From: a virus
Taxonomy: Duplodnaviria; Caudoviricetes
Direction: 5' to 3' (one strand)
IMG/VR virus record: IMGVR_UViG_3300035208_002115
Length of the DNA: 64,000 nucleotides
Made by a program: the position numbers and the translations under genes. The notes under the pieces were generated by a model, which saw only the letters and a program-made list of their open reading frames with translations, made no database searches and was not told the origin of the DNA. Of this stretch, positions 27,279 to 35,083 are shown in pieces. How positions within the stretch are numbered: the first letter of the stretch is position 1; each line of letters opens with the position of its first letter.

Positions 27279-28838
27279 TTAATAGAAAGTTTTATACCGT
27301 GTTTGTGTGATTATTAATGCATTCTGATAACCATATTGCCCTGCTGTATTTTTCATAGTATATTTAATAGTGCCATTTGAATCTGGTTTTACTGATTCAA
27401 TATAAATATACTTGGTTTTATTCCCAACTGCATCAATAGAAACTGTTTTATCACCAATAGAAAAATATGTTATTCGACCTGCTACAACACCCGATTCTGT
27501 TTTTCTTGAACAAAACCAATAAAAATTATAAATATTATTTTTATTTAATCCGTGAATTTCATAAGTCACAGTATTGGAACTTGAAGAATTTGGTAAATAT
27601 TGATATGAAAATCCAACATTATAAGGTACTACGGTTGAAGTTTCACCATTAGTTCCACTACTTAATTTTGGTTTGTTTATGAAATAAATCCTATTTGAAA
27701 TCTTAACACTATCTGGAGAAATACCACCATCATAAATACTTAACCAACCAGTTTGATTTTGACCATTATCATAACAAAAATTTATTTTACTTATAGTGTC
27801 TATTATGGTTACTGGTTTATATGTTGCAAATCTATAATGATTTCCATCGATTATTCGGTCAGGTTGATTATACTTTGACCTATTTTCATATATAAACTGA
27901 CCCATGTAATAAAATCCATCATATGGAAAAACCCAACTACCAGAATTCCAATTTAATTTTAAAGTTTCAGATGAATCTATTGCTGGTATATCATATTTAT
28001 TGTGGTAAAGTACGTTGTTGAAGGTACTATCATATACAGTCATTTCTAAATAGGCCGATGAATCTGGCATTGGAATCTTAGAATAATTTTTTATCTTATT
28101 CCAACCTTCAAACATAATATCTTTTCCATATTGAAACCAACTATTAGCAGCTCTTAATCTAAATGTTGGGAAAAATTCTTCTGGAATCTTATAAAAAGAT
28201 GAGTATATAGAATCTTTATTACAAGTAGCCTGATAAATAATATAACATTGTATCACAGAATCATAATACGGAACTAAAATAGTATCTGTTATTACCAATG
28301 TGGTGTCTAAATAAAGTGTTGGAATAGTATCTAAATAGAGTATTGGTTCAGTTCTCAAATATAATACTGGTACAGTGTCTAAATATAATGTTGGTAAGGT
28401 ATCCCGAATATATACAATAGAATCAATTATATTATATCTTGTACTATCAGATAATGTAGATTCCAAGAATACTATATAAGATTGACAATCACTGAACATT
28501 AGTGAAAGTGAATTTATTTCGGAATTTAAAGAATCATTTTCATTTAATAATTCTAATACTCTACTATTTAAATTGTTTATAGTATAAGTTAAATCAGAAT
28601 TCTTACCCTGTAATAAAATGTATTTATTGTTTAATTCATTAAGAACAAGAATTGTACTATCATTAACTCTTACTAATTTTACATTAAGTGTTGAAAGATT
28701 ATTATTTGCATTAGTTAACGCTTGATTAGTTTTTTCTAACTCTGTGTTCTTATTAAGACAATCAGTTATGTCTGTGGATGGACAACTACTCAATAATATT
28801 GTGAGTAATCCTAAAAATAATATTTTAAAAAATTTCAT
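27279..28838 (-). CDS. Lipoprotein with coiled coil, 8-aa repeats and beta-sandwich C-terminus
   Basis: Lipobox LLSS-C; heptad region; (D/R)TxPxLYL x4. Confidence 0.7.
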   Translation of the reverse strand: MKFFKILFLGLLTILLSSCPSTDITDCLNKNTELEKTNQALTNANNNLSTLNVKLVRVNDSTILVLNELNNKYILLQGKNSDLTYTINNLNSRVLELLNENDSLNSEINSLSLMFSDCQSYIVFLESTLSDSTRYNIIDSIVYIRDTLPTLYLDTVPVLYLRTEPILYLDTIPTLYLDTTLVITDTILVPYYDSVIQCYIIYQATCNKDSIYSSFYKIPEEFFPTFRLRAANSWFQYGKDIMFEGWNKIKNYSKIPMPDSSAYLEMTVYDSTFNNVLYHNKYDIPAIDSSETLKLNWNSGSWVFPYDGFYYMGQFIYENRSKYNQPDRIIDGNHYRFATYKPVTIIDTISKINFCYDNGQNQTGWLSIYDGGISPDSVKISNRIYFINKPKLSSGTNGETSTVVPYNVGFSYQYLPNSSSSNTVTYEIHGLNKNNIYNFYWFCSRKTESGVVAGRITYFSIGDKTVSIDAVGNKTKYIYIESVKPDSNGTIKYTMKNTAGQYGYQNALIITQTRYKTFY

Positions 28839-28912
28839 AGCTATAAAAGTATTTTTACTCTTTTATATAAAATATGACCAAATGTTTTAAATATATAATA
28901 AAAAAACTTTAT

Positions 28913-29143
28913 ATGAGAAACTTCATTCACATAATATTCGAAAAATATGGTATGATTAAAATGTTTGGGTCGGCTATACTCGCATTAATATTCTATACTT
29001 TATTCTATTACACTGGTTTAACCTTATTCAAGTATATAATGATTCCTTTTGCTGTGTATTTTGCATTATTAACTGTCATATTATTTAGTTATGCTTATAT
29101 AATAAACCCGTATAAAGCTTGGAAAGAAAAACATAAGAAATAA
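28913..29143 (+). CDS. Small two-TM protein
   Basis: Hydrophobic; ATG 28913 follows the AATATATAA motif. Confidence 0.6.
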   Translation: MRNFIHIIFEKYGMIKMFGSAILALIFYTLFYYTGLTLFKYIMIPFAVYFALLTVILFSYAYIINPYKAWKEKHKK

Positions 29144-29529
29144 TGATATCTTTTGTTTTATTATTAATTGCTGGATTTTTTAATGCTATTATGGATGCAT
29201 TGAGATATAGATATAACACATCTATATTCAACAATTTTAAAAATCCTAAGATACTCGATTGGGTGAATCCATCACAGGCTAATGATAATAAATGGAAACA
29301 TGGTGATATAAAACAAGGTGAGAAATTCTTTGGTTCATCAACATTCTTAGTATGGCTTACCGACTTATGGCATTTCTCTAAAATGATAATGTTAATTCTA
29401 ATAATGCTGGCTGTGGTTTTTTATAATCCTTGGACACCTTTTTTATTATTGGATGCTTTTATTTATTTATTAGCTTTCACTATCACTTTCGAATTATTTT
29501 TTAAATATTTTTTTATTGATGGAAAATAA
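29143..29529 (+). CDS. Membrane protein
   Basis: NAIMD, NKWK, FLVWLTDLWH motifs; TM helices. Confidence 0.7.
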   Translation: MISFVLLLIAGFFNAIMDALRYRYNTSIFNNFKNPKILDWVNPSQANDNKWKHGDIKQGEKFFGSSTFLVWLTDLWHFSKMIMLILIMLAVVFYNPWTPFLLLDAFIYLLAFTITFELFFKYFFIDGK

Positions 29530-29555
29530 TTATTTTTGTTATTATTTAAACAATA

Positions 29556-29996
29556 ATGGAAAAACGATTATTTGTCAAAAGTCGAAATTATTTATCACTT
29601 AATATAGATTCGAGTAAATCTATCCATAAAGATGACATCGTTGAGGTAGGTTATAAAGTAAACTCTATAATTATATTATTAAATATAACCCCCAATCGAT
29701 TTACCATTGATAATTTCTCCACATTAGATAATAAACGTGTAGGGTATGATTTTTATTTATCTCCATTATTTAATTTTAAAGATAAAAGAGGTTCATCCAT
29801 TTTATATTTCGGTGAAGATATAGACACAATTAAAAATAATTATGTTTACACTTTATCAGAATGTCCAAAACGACATATTATAATGGTTGAAGAATTTAAA
29901 AATAAATATTACAGTAAGTATGATTTTAGACTTATAACAATAGAAGAAGAAAGGATGATGAAAATGAAATCCATTGGTCTTGACGTTGTTAGTTGA
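29556..29996 (+). CDS. Hypothetical protein, RxxK-like tag
   Basis: TATTTTTG at 29531; ends ERMMKMKSIG. Confidence 0.65.
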   Translation: MEKRLFVKSRNYLSLNIDSSKSIHKDDIVEVGYKVNSIIILLNITPNRFTIDNFSTLDNKRVGYDFYLSPLFNFKDKRGSSILYFGEDIDTIKNNYVYTLSECPKRHIIMVEEFKNKYYSKYDFRLITIEEERMMKMKSIGLDVVS

Positions 29997-30007
29997 ATTA
30001 AAAAAAT

Positions 30008-30158
30008 AGATTCTGGTGTCAGCCTCTTACTGACCATCCCAACCGAATTGCAACGATTAAAACATCTCTGATAAACACCTATTTACTCACGATTTTATCC
30101 GTTATTGCAAAGTGTCCACACTGAATGTTGGGGTAGTGCGCTATCCATGCCAGAATCC
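30008..30158 (-). ncRNA. Putative ~150-nt structured RNA
   Basis: Ends pair (GGATTCTGG/CCAGAATCT), nested CCCAAC/GTTGGG, TTGCAA/TTGCAA, GATAAA/TTTATC, GTCAG/CTGAC; U-tract follows. Confidence 0.55.
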
Positions 30159-30198
30159 TAAGTAATTGTCTTATTGCAAATCGTCAACTACCTATTTG

Positions 30199-30288
30199 CG
30201 GAGAGTGAGGGATTCGAACCCTCGGCACGGATTTCTCCGTGCGCTGGTTTAGCAAACCAGTGGTTTAAGCCAACTCACCCAACTCTCC
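30199..30288 (-). tRNA. tRNA-Ser(GCT)
   Basis: Cloverleaf; CTGGT-TTGCTAA-ACCAG; long variable arm; GGTTCGAATCC. Confidence 0.95.
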
Positions 30289-30738
30289 AAATATATCGTT
30301 CAATTTTTCTTTTCTTATTCTACGCTTTATTTCATTATCTTCAAACACCCTATCAATTTTTTCTAATTTACCATGTATAAATGTAGCATCGAATTCAAAC
30401 CATTTATTGTCAGTATATGAATAAAAATTAACAACTCCAGTATAATCTTCCTGAGTAACCAATCGTTGATTAACTCTTTTAATACTACCAGCCCATTGCA
30501 TTATCCCAGTTGCACCAGAATGTGGTCTTTCTTCCAATGGTACAGATTCATATTCCCAATCATTAATTTTCAACAAACCATCATCCGTAATATAAATTTC
30601 TGTTAAAACATTCTCAAAATCCTTTGTTTGAAAATCAAATTCAATATCATTTTTTGATGCATCATATAAAAATTGTTTCTCCGAATGACTTAATGGTAAT
30701 TTATCTATGTTTATTATAACTCTATCAAACATTCCCAT
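30265..30738 (-). CDS. Conserved phage protein (MGMFD...FQTKD family), RxxKL tag
   Basis: ATG 30738; last 8 codons overlap the tRNA-Ser 5' end. Confidence 0.75.
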   Translation of the reverse strand: MGMFDRVIINIDKLPLSHSEKQFLYDASKNDIEFDFQTKDFENVLTEIYITDDGLLKINDWEYESVPLEERPHSGATGIMQWAGSIKRVNQRLVTQEDYTGVVNFYSYTDNKWFEFDATFIHGKLEKIDRVFEDNEIKRRIRKEKLNDIFGELGELA

Positions 30739-30755
30739 AACAATATTTTTATTTT

Positions 30756-30935
30756 TTACGACCACTCAAACCAACCCCATGTTTTTTTATAAGATTTACC
30801 ATCAGGTACGTTTTGTTTTCTTACTTTCTTATTTGCATTCCGTTTCCAGAATTTTCCCTTTGGTTGTGTCCATCCACTGAACCAACCATTCTTCCTTTGT
30901 CCCTTTAAATTGGGATGAAAATGTAATTCTTTCAT
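30756..30935 (-). CDS. 59-aa basic, Trp-rich protein (not in ORF track)
   Basis: MKELHFHP...KRNANKKVRK..PDGKSYKKTWGWFEWS. Confidence 0.65.
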   Translation of the reverse strand: MKELHFHPNLKGQRKNGWFSGWTQPKGKFWKRNANKKVRKQNVPDGKSYKKTWGWFEWS

Positions 30936-30978
30936 ACTTTATATATAATTTTTCTTCAAGAAAGTTATTTTTAATTAG

Positions 30979-31050
30979 TACTCCCACGAGAACTCGAATC
31001 CCGATTTCATCGTCCGTAGCGACACGTTCTATCCATTGAACTATGGGAGT
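30979..31050 (-). tRNA. tRNA-Arg(ACG)
   Basis: ACTCCCA/TGGGAGT acceptor; CT-ACG-GA loop. Confidence 0.9.
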
Positions 31051-31053
31051 ATG

Positions 31054-31127
31054 TATTCGTGGGTGGCTTTGAACCACCGACCCCCAGCTTATAAGGCTGA
31101 TGCTCTGACCAACTGAGCTACACGAAC
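31054..31127 (-). tRNA. tRNA-Ile(TAT)
   Basis: TCAGC-CT-TAT-AA-GCTGG; canonical D/T arms. Confidence 0.9.
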
Positions 31128-31129
31128 AT

Positions 31130-31160
31130 AAAAAAACCTCGTTAAACAAACGAGGTTTTT
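31130..31160. terminator. Terminator-like hairpin immediately 5' of tRNA-Ile(TAT)
   Basis: aaaaaaCCTCGTT-aaaca-AACGAGGttttt. Confidence 0.75.
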
Positions 31161-31184
31161 AAAATATATTATTTGATTTACAAA

Positions 31185-31796
31185 TTAATATTTTAAATTC
31201 TCGTTCACAATACTTACTATTTGTGAAATATCACTTTCTTTTATTTCAAGACTTCGGAGAGTAACAAGGATTGCATCCACCCGACCATCCGAATCATACT
31301 TGCTTATATAAGTTTTAAATAATTCTGGGTCAAACTCGAAATTAGTTTGGTTGCCAGAAAATTTTGAATTACTTTTTGGAATAATTTGATGAGTATTCGA
31401 AGTATTATTCTTTAAATACTCTTTATCCATGTAGAAATCCAAAAGTGGTATAATCGTATACCCAAGGCTGCCAAGTGATAATTCGATGCATGTACCACCC
31501 AACTTTGTTTCAAAGAAAACATTTCTTATGTAACCAAAAATCGATTGATTCTTCTGAAACGTAAGAGGAATCTTTGATTTACAATTCTTTTCATCGTATT
31601 TCGGTAATACCATTTCCTTTTTAGCAAGAAATGTAACCCTACTACCAAGAGATAAATCATTCAGAAATTTTTTATTCGGTTCACCATCACACACAGGGCA
31701 GGTGTGAATAGTTTTATCCATCAAATCATCAGCCGAATAAACAATATCGCATTTAGCGCAATAAAACCTTTGAAAAGTAAATAATTTATTTTCCAT
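31185..31796 (-). CDS. Hypothetical protein with N-terminal Zn ribbon
   Basis: CAKC...CPVC. Confidence 0.7.
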   Translation of the reverse strand: MENKLFTFQRFYCAKCDIVYSADDLMDKTIHTCPVCDGEPNKKFLNDLSLGSRVTFLAKKEMVLPKYDEKNCKSKIPLTFQKNQSIFGYIRNVFFETKLGGTCIELSLGSLGYTIIPLLDFYMDKEYLKNNTSNTHQIIPKSNSKFSGNQTNFEFDPELFKTYISKYDSDGRVDAILVTLRSLEIKESDISQIVSIVNENLKY

Positions 31797-31823
31797 ATGA
31801 ACACATTTAGTTATACAATATAA

Positions 31824-32078
31824 TTATAGTTTATTATTTTTTGTTAAATATCGTAATGGCACTTCTCTAAAATCTATCCCCCTTTCCCCGTCAAATATAG
31901 ATGGAGTTTCGACTAATGTTCTGGGTTCATCATATTCTTCACCAGTTTTTCCATCTTCAAATATAGGATAATAAACAATTCTCCATAATTTTGGTTTACC
32001 ATCCATCGTATATTCATCACCTATTTTATGTTCTTTCCAGATTTCGTTAGAAAGTGCATTCTGTAATTGTTCACTCAT
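31824..32078 (-). CDS. Hypothetical protein
   Basis: ORF track. Confidence 0.65.
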   Translation of the reverse strand: MSEQLQNALSNEIWKEHKIGDEYTMDGKPKLWRIVYYPIFEDGKTGEEYDEPRTLVETPSIFDGERGIDFREVPLRYLTKNNKL

Positions 32079-32087
32079 TATTTATTT

Positions 32088-32369
32088 TTAATATAAACCA
32101 GATTCCAAATACCATTTCCAATATTCAGCTTTCCATATCATAGGATTACTTTTATCCTCTATTAAAGATGGTGGGTATGCTTTTTCAGCTTCAGATACCA
32201 TTTTGTCAATATGGTCTTTATGCAATTCATACCAAACCCTTACACCACATCTTTGATTTATCGTTAAAATTTTAAATGCGTTTTTAAACTTAAAATCATC
32301 ACGCACTTTAGATTCATCATATATGATAGGTTTTTTTGACCTTTTTAAAAATTTTAAATTGAACTTCAT
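32088..32369 (-). CDS. Hypothetical protein
   Basis: ORF track; ATG (MKFNLK) preferred start. Confidence 0.6.
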   Translation of the reverse strand: MKFNLKFLKRSKKPIIYDESKVRDDFKFKNAFKILTINQRCGVRVWYELHKDHIDKMVSEAEKAYPPSLIEDKSNPMIWKAEYWKWYLESGLY

Positions 32370-32373
32370 ATTT

Positions 32374-33144
32374 TTATTTTTTAACAGGTTGCATCCAATT
32401 AGCGAACAATTTGTTAGTATCAATGATGAAATGACAATGTTGTAACTTCACCATAATAACAGCTATTTCTCTACTGATTCCTCTGGATTGTAAGTAAAAT
32501 ATTTTATCTTCATCCTCACTGGTAAAATGTTCTTTCGCTTTCACAGCACCACCATTCATAGCATCCGATAAAACATCGGTATATATGGTAACATCTTCAA
32601 CCATTTCAAAACCACTCGGTAAAATATAATCAAAATTATTCTTACCCTTCAGTATTTTCACAAACTGTATTTCAAAAGGTAATGTTAACAAATAAGAAAA
32701 TAAATCTTTTTCTTTTTTTATCAATTCTAAGGTTTCAATTTTACCTTTTAAAACCTTCAAATCAGCATTTTTACTGTTCCTGTTTATATCATTCAATTTG
32801 CGTTGCAGCATTTCAACTGATAATCTTTTAGATGATTTCTTCGCCCAGTAAACATTGTAGCCGACATCAGATTTAACCTTCACCCAAGAACCACTATCAA
32901 CATCCTTTCCAACTAAATGAGGGAAAAAATTCTGAACCTGAACATATTTATCGAATAAAATATCATCGAAATCATCAATTAAACCACAGTTTAATGTCAA
33001 ATCTAAATAATCAAAAAAATGTTCTTCAATTTCTTCGAATATACCTTCTTCCACTTGTTCAGTCCACGATGCTATATTTAAAAAATCTGCTTCCATTGCA
33101 TCAGCCGATTTCATTATGTTATTTCTTATTATTTTAGTCCTCAT
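32374..33144 (-). CDS. Protein with SufB/SufD-like C-terminal motif
   Basis: EDKIFYLQSRGISREIA matches the SufBD FYLxSRGI helix. Confidence 0.55.
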   Translation of the reverse strand: MRTKIIRNNIMKSADAMEADFLNIASWTEQVEEGIFEEIEEHFFDYLDLTLNCGLIDDFDDILFDKYVQVQNFFPHLVGKDVDSGSWVKVKSDVGYNVYWAKKSSKRLSVEMLQRKLNDINRNSKNADLKVLKGKIETLELIKKEKDLFSYLLTLPFEIQFVKILKGKNNFDYILPSGFEMVEDVTIYTDVLSDAMNGGAVKAKEHFTSEDEDKIFYLQSRGISREIAVIMVKLQHCHFIIDTNKLFANWMQPVKK

Positions 33145-33207
33145 ATCTGCATATTTTATGAGTCAAAAATAATAAAAGAAATATTATAAAAAAAATTACA
33201 GAGAATA

Positions 33208-33363
33208 TTAATTAGATTTTAAGTAAAAGCTTTTAATCACAGGTAATTCAAACATATCATCAACACCATTTGGGACATCACAATCATAATGTTTTCCTTT
33301 ATAATAAATCCAATAATGACTTGGTAATCCTATTTCCTCAAAATTGTCTGGTTTATTATCATG
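33208..33363 (-). pseudogene. Start-less 51-codon open frame in-frame after the TAA of 33364..33567
   Basis: HDNKPD...HYWIYYKGKHYDCDVPNGVDDMFELP; protein-like, no ATG at its 5' end (only Met is codon 37). Confidence 0.45.
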
Positions 33364-33567
33364 TTACCAATCTTCAGTACCACTTATCGTAAAATCTTCA
33401 TTCAATAAATTATCATGAACTGATTTAAGTGTGCCTAATCCTGTGGGAGTAAAAGAAAATGTCCACCTTTCACCTGCTAAAAAAGTCGTTGGGTCTTTTT
33501 CTATTTGGGACTTCTGCCACTTTTCGGTCTTTTTTTCTTCTTCAGGTGTTAATTCGAATTTTGTCAT
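33364..33567 (-). CDS. Hypothetical phage protein
   Basis: FSFTPTGLG motif. Confidence 0.7.
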   Translation of the reverse strand: MTKFELTPEEEKKTEKWQKSQIEKDPTTFLAGERWTFSFTPTGLGTLKSVHDNLLNEDFTISGTEDW

Positions 33568-33571
33568 ATTT

Positions 33572-34057
33572 TTATTTTAAAACAGATAATGCTTTTTTAG
33601 TATTTACAATCCTAATGTCCATCGGAACAGAATTATCAAAACTCGTTAAACTATCATCATAAATCTGGTCATAATGAAGTTTTTTATAGTCCAAAGGTAT
33701 TCTTTTATTATAAAAAATAGAATACCAACTAATATATTCTGGAAATTTTTCAATTATTTCAATTAATTCTTCTACATTATATTTTGGGTTTTCCAATATA
33801 TTTTTCATAAAAGACGGAAATACTTTTAAATCTTTATATTTATCAATGAAATCCATACTCACTTTTACATTTCTTAATGCATGTTCAAACTTATACCGAA
33901 AATCAGAAAATGATGAATCGTTTAGTTTTCTAAGAAGTATAGACCAATCTTTATAACCAATAAAAGCCAGAATAGCCTTACGGTCTTCTTTTAGATTATC
34001 ATCCTGTCCGCTTTCATTTAAACGAAATTCTTCAAATGAGTTTATGTAATTATTCAT
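33572..34057 (-). CDS. Hypothetical protein, CTS-like N-terminus
   Basis: MNNYINSFEEFRLNES (ATG 34057), TAATATATAA upstream. Confidence 0.7.
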   Translation of the reverse strand: MNNYINSFEEFRLNESGQDDNLKEDRKAILAFIGYKDWSILLRKLNDSSFSDFRYKFEHALRNVKVSMDFIDKYKDLKVFPSFMKNILENPKYNVEELIEIIEKFPEYISWYSIFYNKRIPLDYKKLHYDQIYDDSLTSFDNSVPMDIRIVNTKKALSVLK

Positions 34058-34109
34058 TGATATGTTTTTTTTATTATATATTAATTTTAATTTCAATAAA
34101 AATAAAAAG

Positions 34110-34183
34110 TGACCCCGATGGGACTTGAACCCATGACCCCCTGTTTAAAAGACAGGTGCATCTACCAACTGAGCTACGAAGTC
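34110..34183 (-). tRNA. tRNA-Lys(TTT)
   Basis: CCTGT-CT-TTT-AA-ACAGG. Confidence 0.9.
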
Positions 34184-34189
34184 AAAAAG

Positions 34190-34277
34190 TGGTCTCGGTG
34201 GGACTCGAACCCACAACCCTCATCTTAAAAGGATGATGCTCTCGCCTGACGGCTCGCCAATTAGGAGCTACGAAACC
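34190..34277 (-). tRNA. tRNA-Lys(TTT) with expanded D-loop
   Basis: TCATC-CT-TTT-AA-GATGA; 23-nt D-loop containing GCC-GTCA-GGC. Confidence 0.8.
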
Positions 34278-34283
34278 AATAAG

Positions 34284-34356
34284 TGGAATGAGTAGGAGTT
34301 TAACCTACATAAACGGGATTTCAATCCGTCACCTTGAACACCTCGGTCACCATTCC
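34284..34356 (-). tRNA. Degenerate tRNA (GAA in anticodon position; Cys-like body)
   Basis: GGAATGG/TCATTCC acceptor; ACGGA-TTGAAAT-CCCGT; non-canonical T-loop TTAAACT. Confidence 0.5.
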
Positions 34357-34362
34357 GATTAG

Positions 34363-34436
34363 TTCCCCCGACTGGACTCAAACCAGTGACCCACTGATTA
34401 AGAATCAGCTACTCTAATCAACTGAGCTACGGGGGA
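34363..34436 (-). tRNA. tRNA-Lys(CTT)
   Basis: GCTGA-TT-CTT-AA-TCAGT. Confidence 0.9.
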
Positions 34437-34442
34437 ATATTG

Positions 34443-34515
34443 TGGTATCGGGTGGATTTGAACCACCGACACTCGGATTTTCAGTCCGATGCTCTACCAA
34501 CTGAGCTACGACACC
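34443..34515 (-). tRNA. tRNA-Phe(GAA)
   Basis: TCGGA-CT-GAA-AA-TCCGA. Confidence 0.95.
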
Positions 34516-34532
34516 ATATTTCATATGGTCAC

Positions 34533-34617
34533 CTCGCCTGACAGGATTCGAACCTGCGACACAGGGATTTAAGCACATTTCCGATGTTCCCTTGTTCTAC
34601 CACTGAACTACAAACGA
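34533..34617 (-). tRNA. tRNA-like gene (Asn-like body) with 20-nt anticodon-loop insertion
   Basis: Canonical D/T arms; AGGGA-[ACATCGGAAATGTGCTTAAA]-TCCCT. Confidence 0.65.
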
Positions 34618-34619
34618 GT

Positions 34620-34880
34620 TTACCCATATGCCTACTCATAACCACTATTTACCCAGATACTTTCATCAACTACTAACCAATCTTACTAATAAATACTTCT
34701 CACACAGTGCCTGTCCGACCCTTCCTCGGCTCATGGTTTTTCTGAATCATCTACATTAGTAGAAATTGTATCGAAAAATGTGCGTTACACCTGCAAGTTA
34801 TACTTACTTCCAAATTAGGTTTTATCTCAGAGTTCACCGAATTTTCACGATTACTTTCAGAAAATTTTAAAACCTTCAAC
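34620..34880 (-). ncRNA. Putative ~260-nt structured RNA within the tRNA cluster
   Basis: No long ORF; TTTTCTGAA/TTCAGAAAA, TCGTGAAAAT/ATTTTTCGA, CCGA/TCGG, TATTTATTAG/CTGGGTAAATA pairings with G-U on the minus strand. Confidence 0.55.
34749..34767 (-). other. Solitary Cas12a-type direct-repeat handle AATTTCTACTAATGTAGAT
   Basis: Fits the type V-A handle AATTTCTACT-N3/4-GTAGAT; single copy, no array or cas gene in window. Confidence 0.55.
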
Positions 34881-34887
34881 CAACATG

Positions 34888-34896
34888 TCAAAGAAC
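34888..34896 (-). promoter_or_regulatory. boxA-like element GTTCTTTGA (further copies at 35246, 35351, 36080, 36186)
   Basis: Five exact copies seen, all in tRNA-cluster spacers. Confidence 0.7.
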
Positions 34897-34920
34897 TTCA
34901 ATCCTATTGGATTGATTAAG

Positions 34921-34996
34921 GGTGTCTGAGGGGAATCGAACCCCCGAATACAAGAGCCACAATCTTGCGTAGGAGACCAACGCCTACACCAGACAC
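34921..34996 (-). tRNA. tRNA-His(GTG)
   Basis: CAAGA-TT-GTG-GC-TCTTG; C73; G-1 not encoded. Confidence 0.85.
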
Positions 34997-34998
34997 AG

Positions 34999-35073
34999 TG
35001 TTCTGAGAGAGATTCGAACTCCCGACCCTCTGGGTGTAAACCAGATGCTCTGAACCAACTGAGCTATCAGAAC
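34999..35073 (-). tRNA. tRNA-Val(TAC)
   Basis: TCTGG-TT-TAC-AC-CCAGA. Confidence 0.95.
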
Positions 35074-35083
35074 TAATAAAAAG

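Noticed and set aside
30829-31149. ORF-track 106-aa ORF, plus 30174..30380 and 34916..35116
   Set aside because: They overlap tRNA genes and are spurious translations.
34620-34880. CRISPR array
   Set aside because: Only one repeat-like handle; no second repeat at spacer distance and no cas genes in the window.
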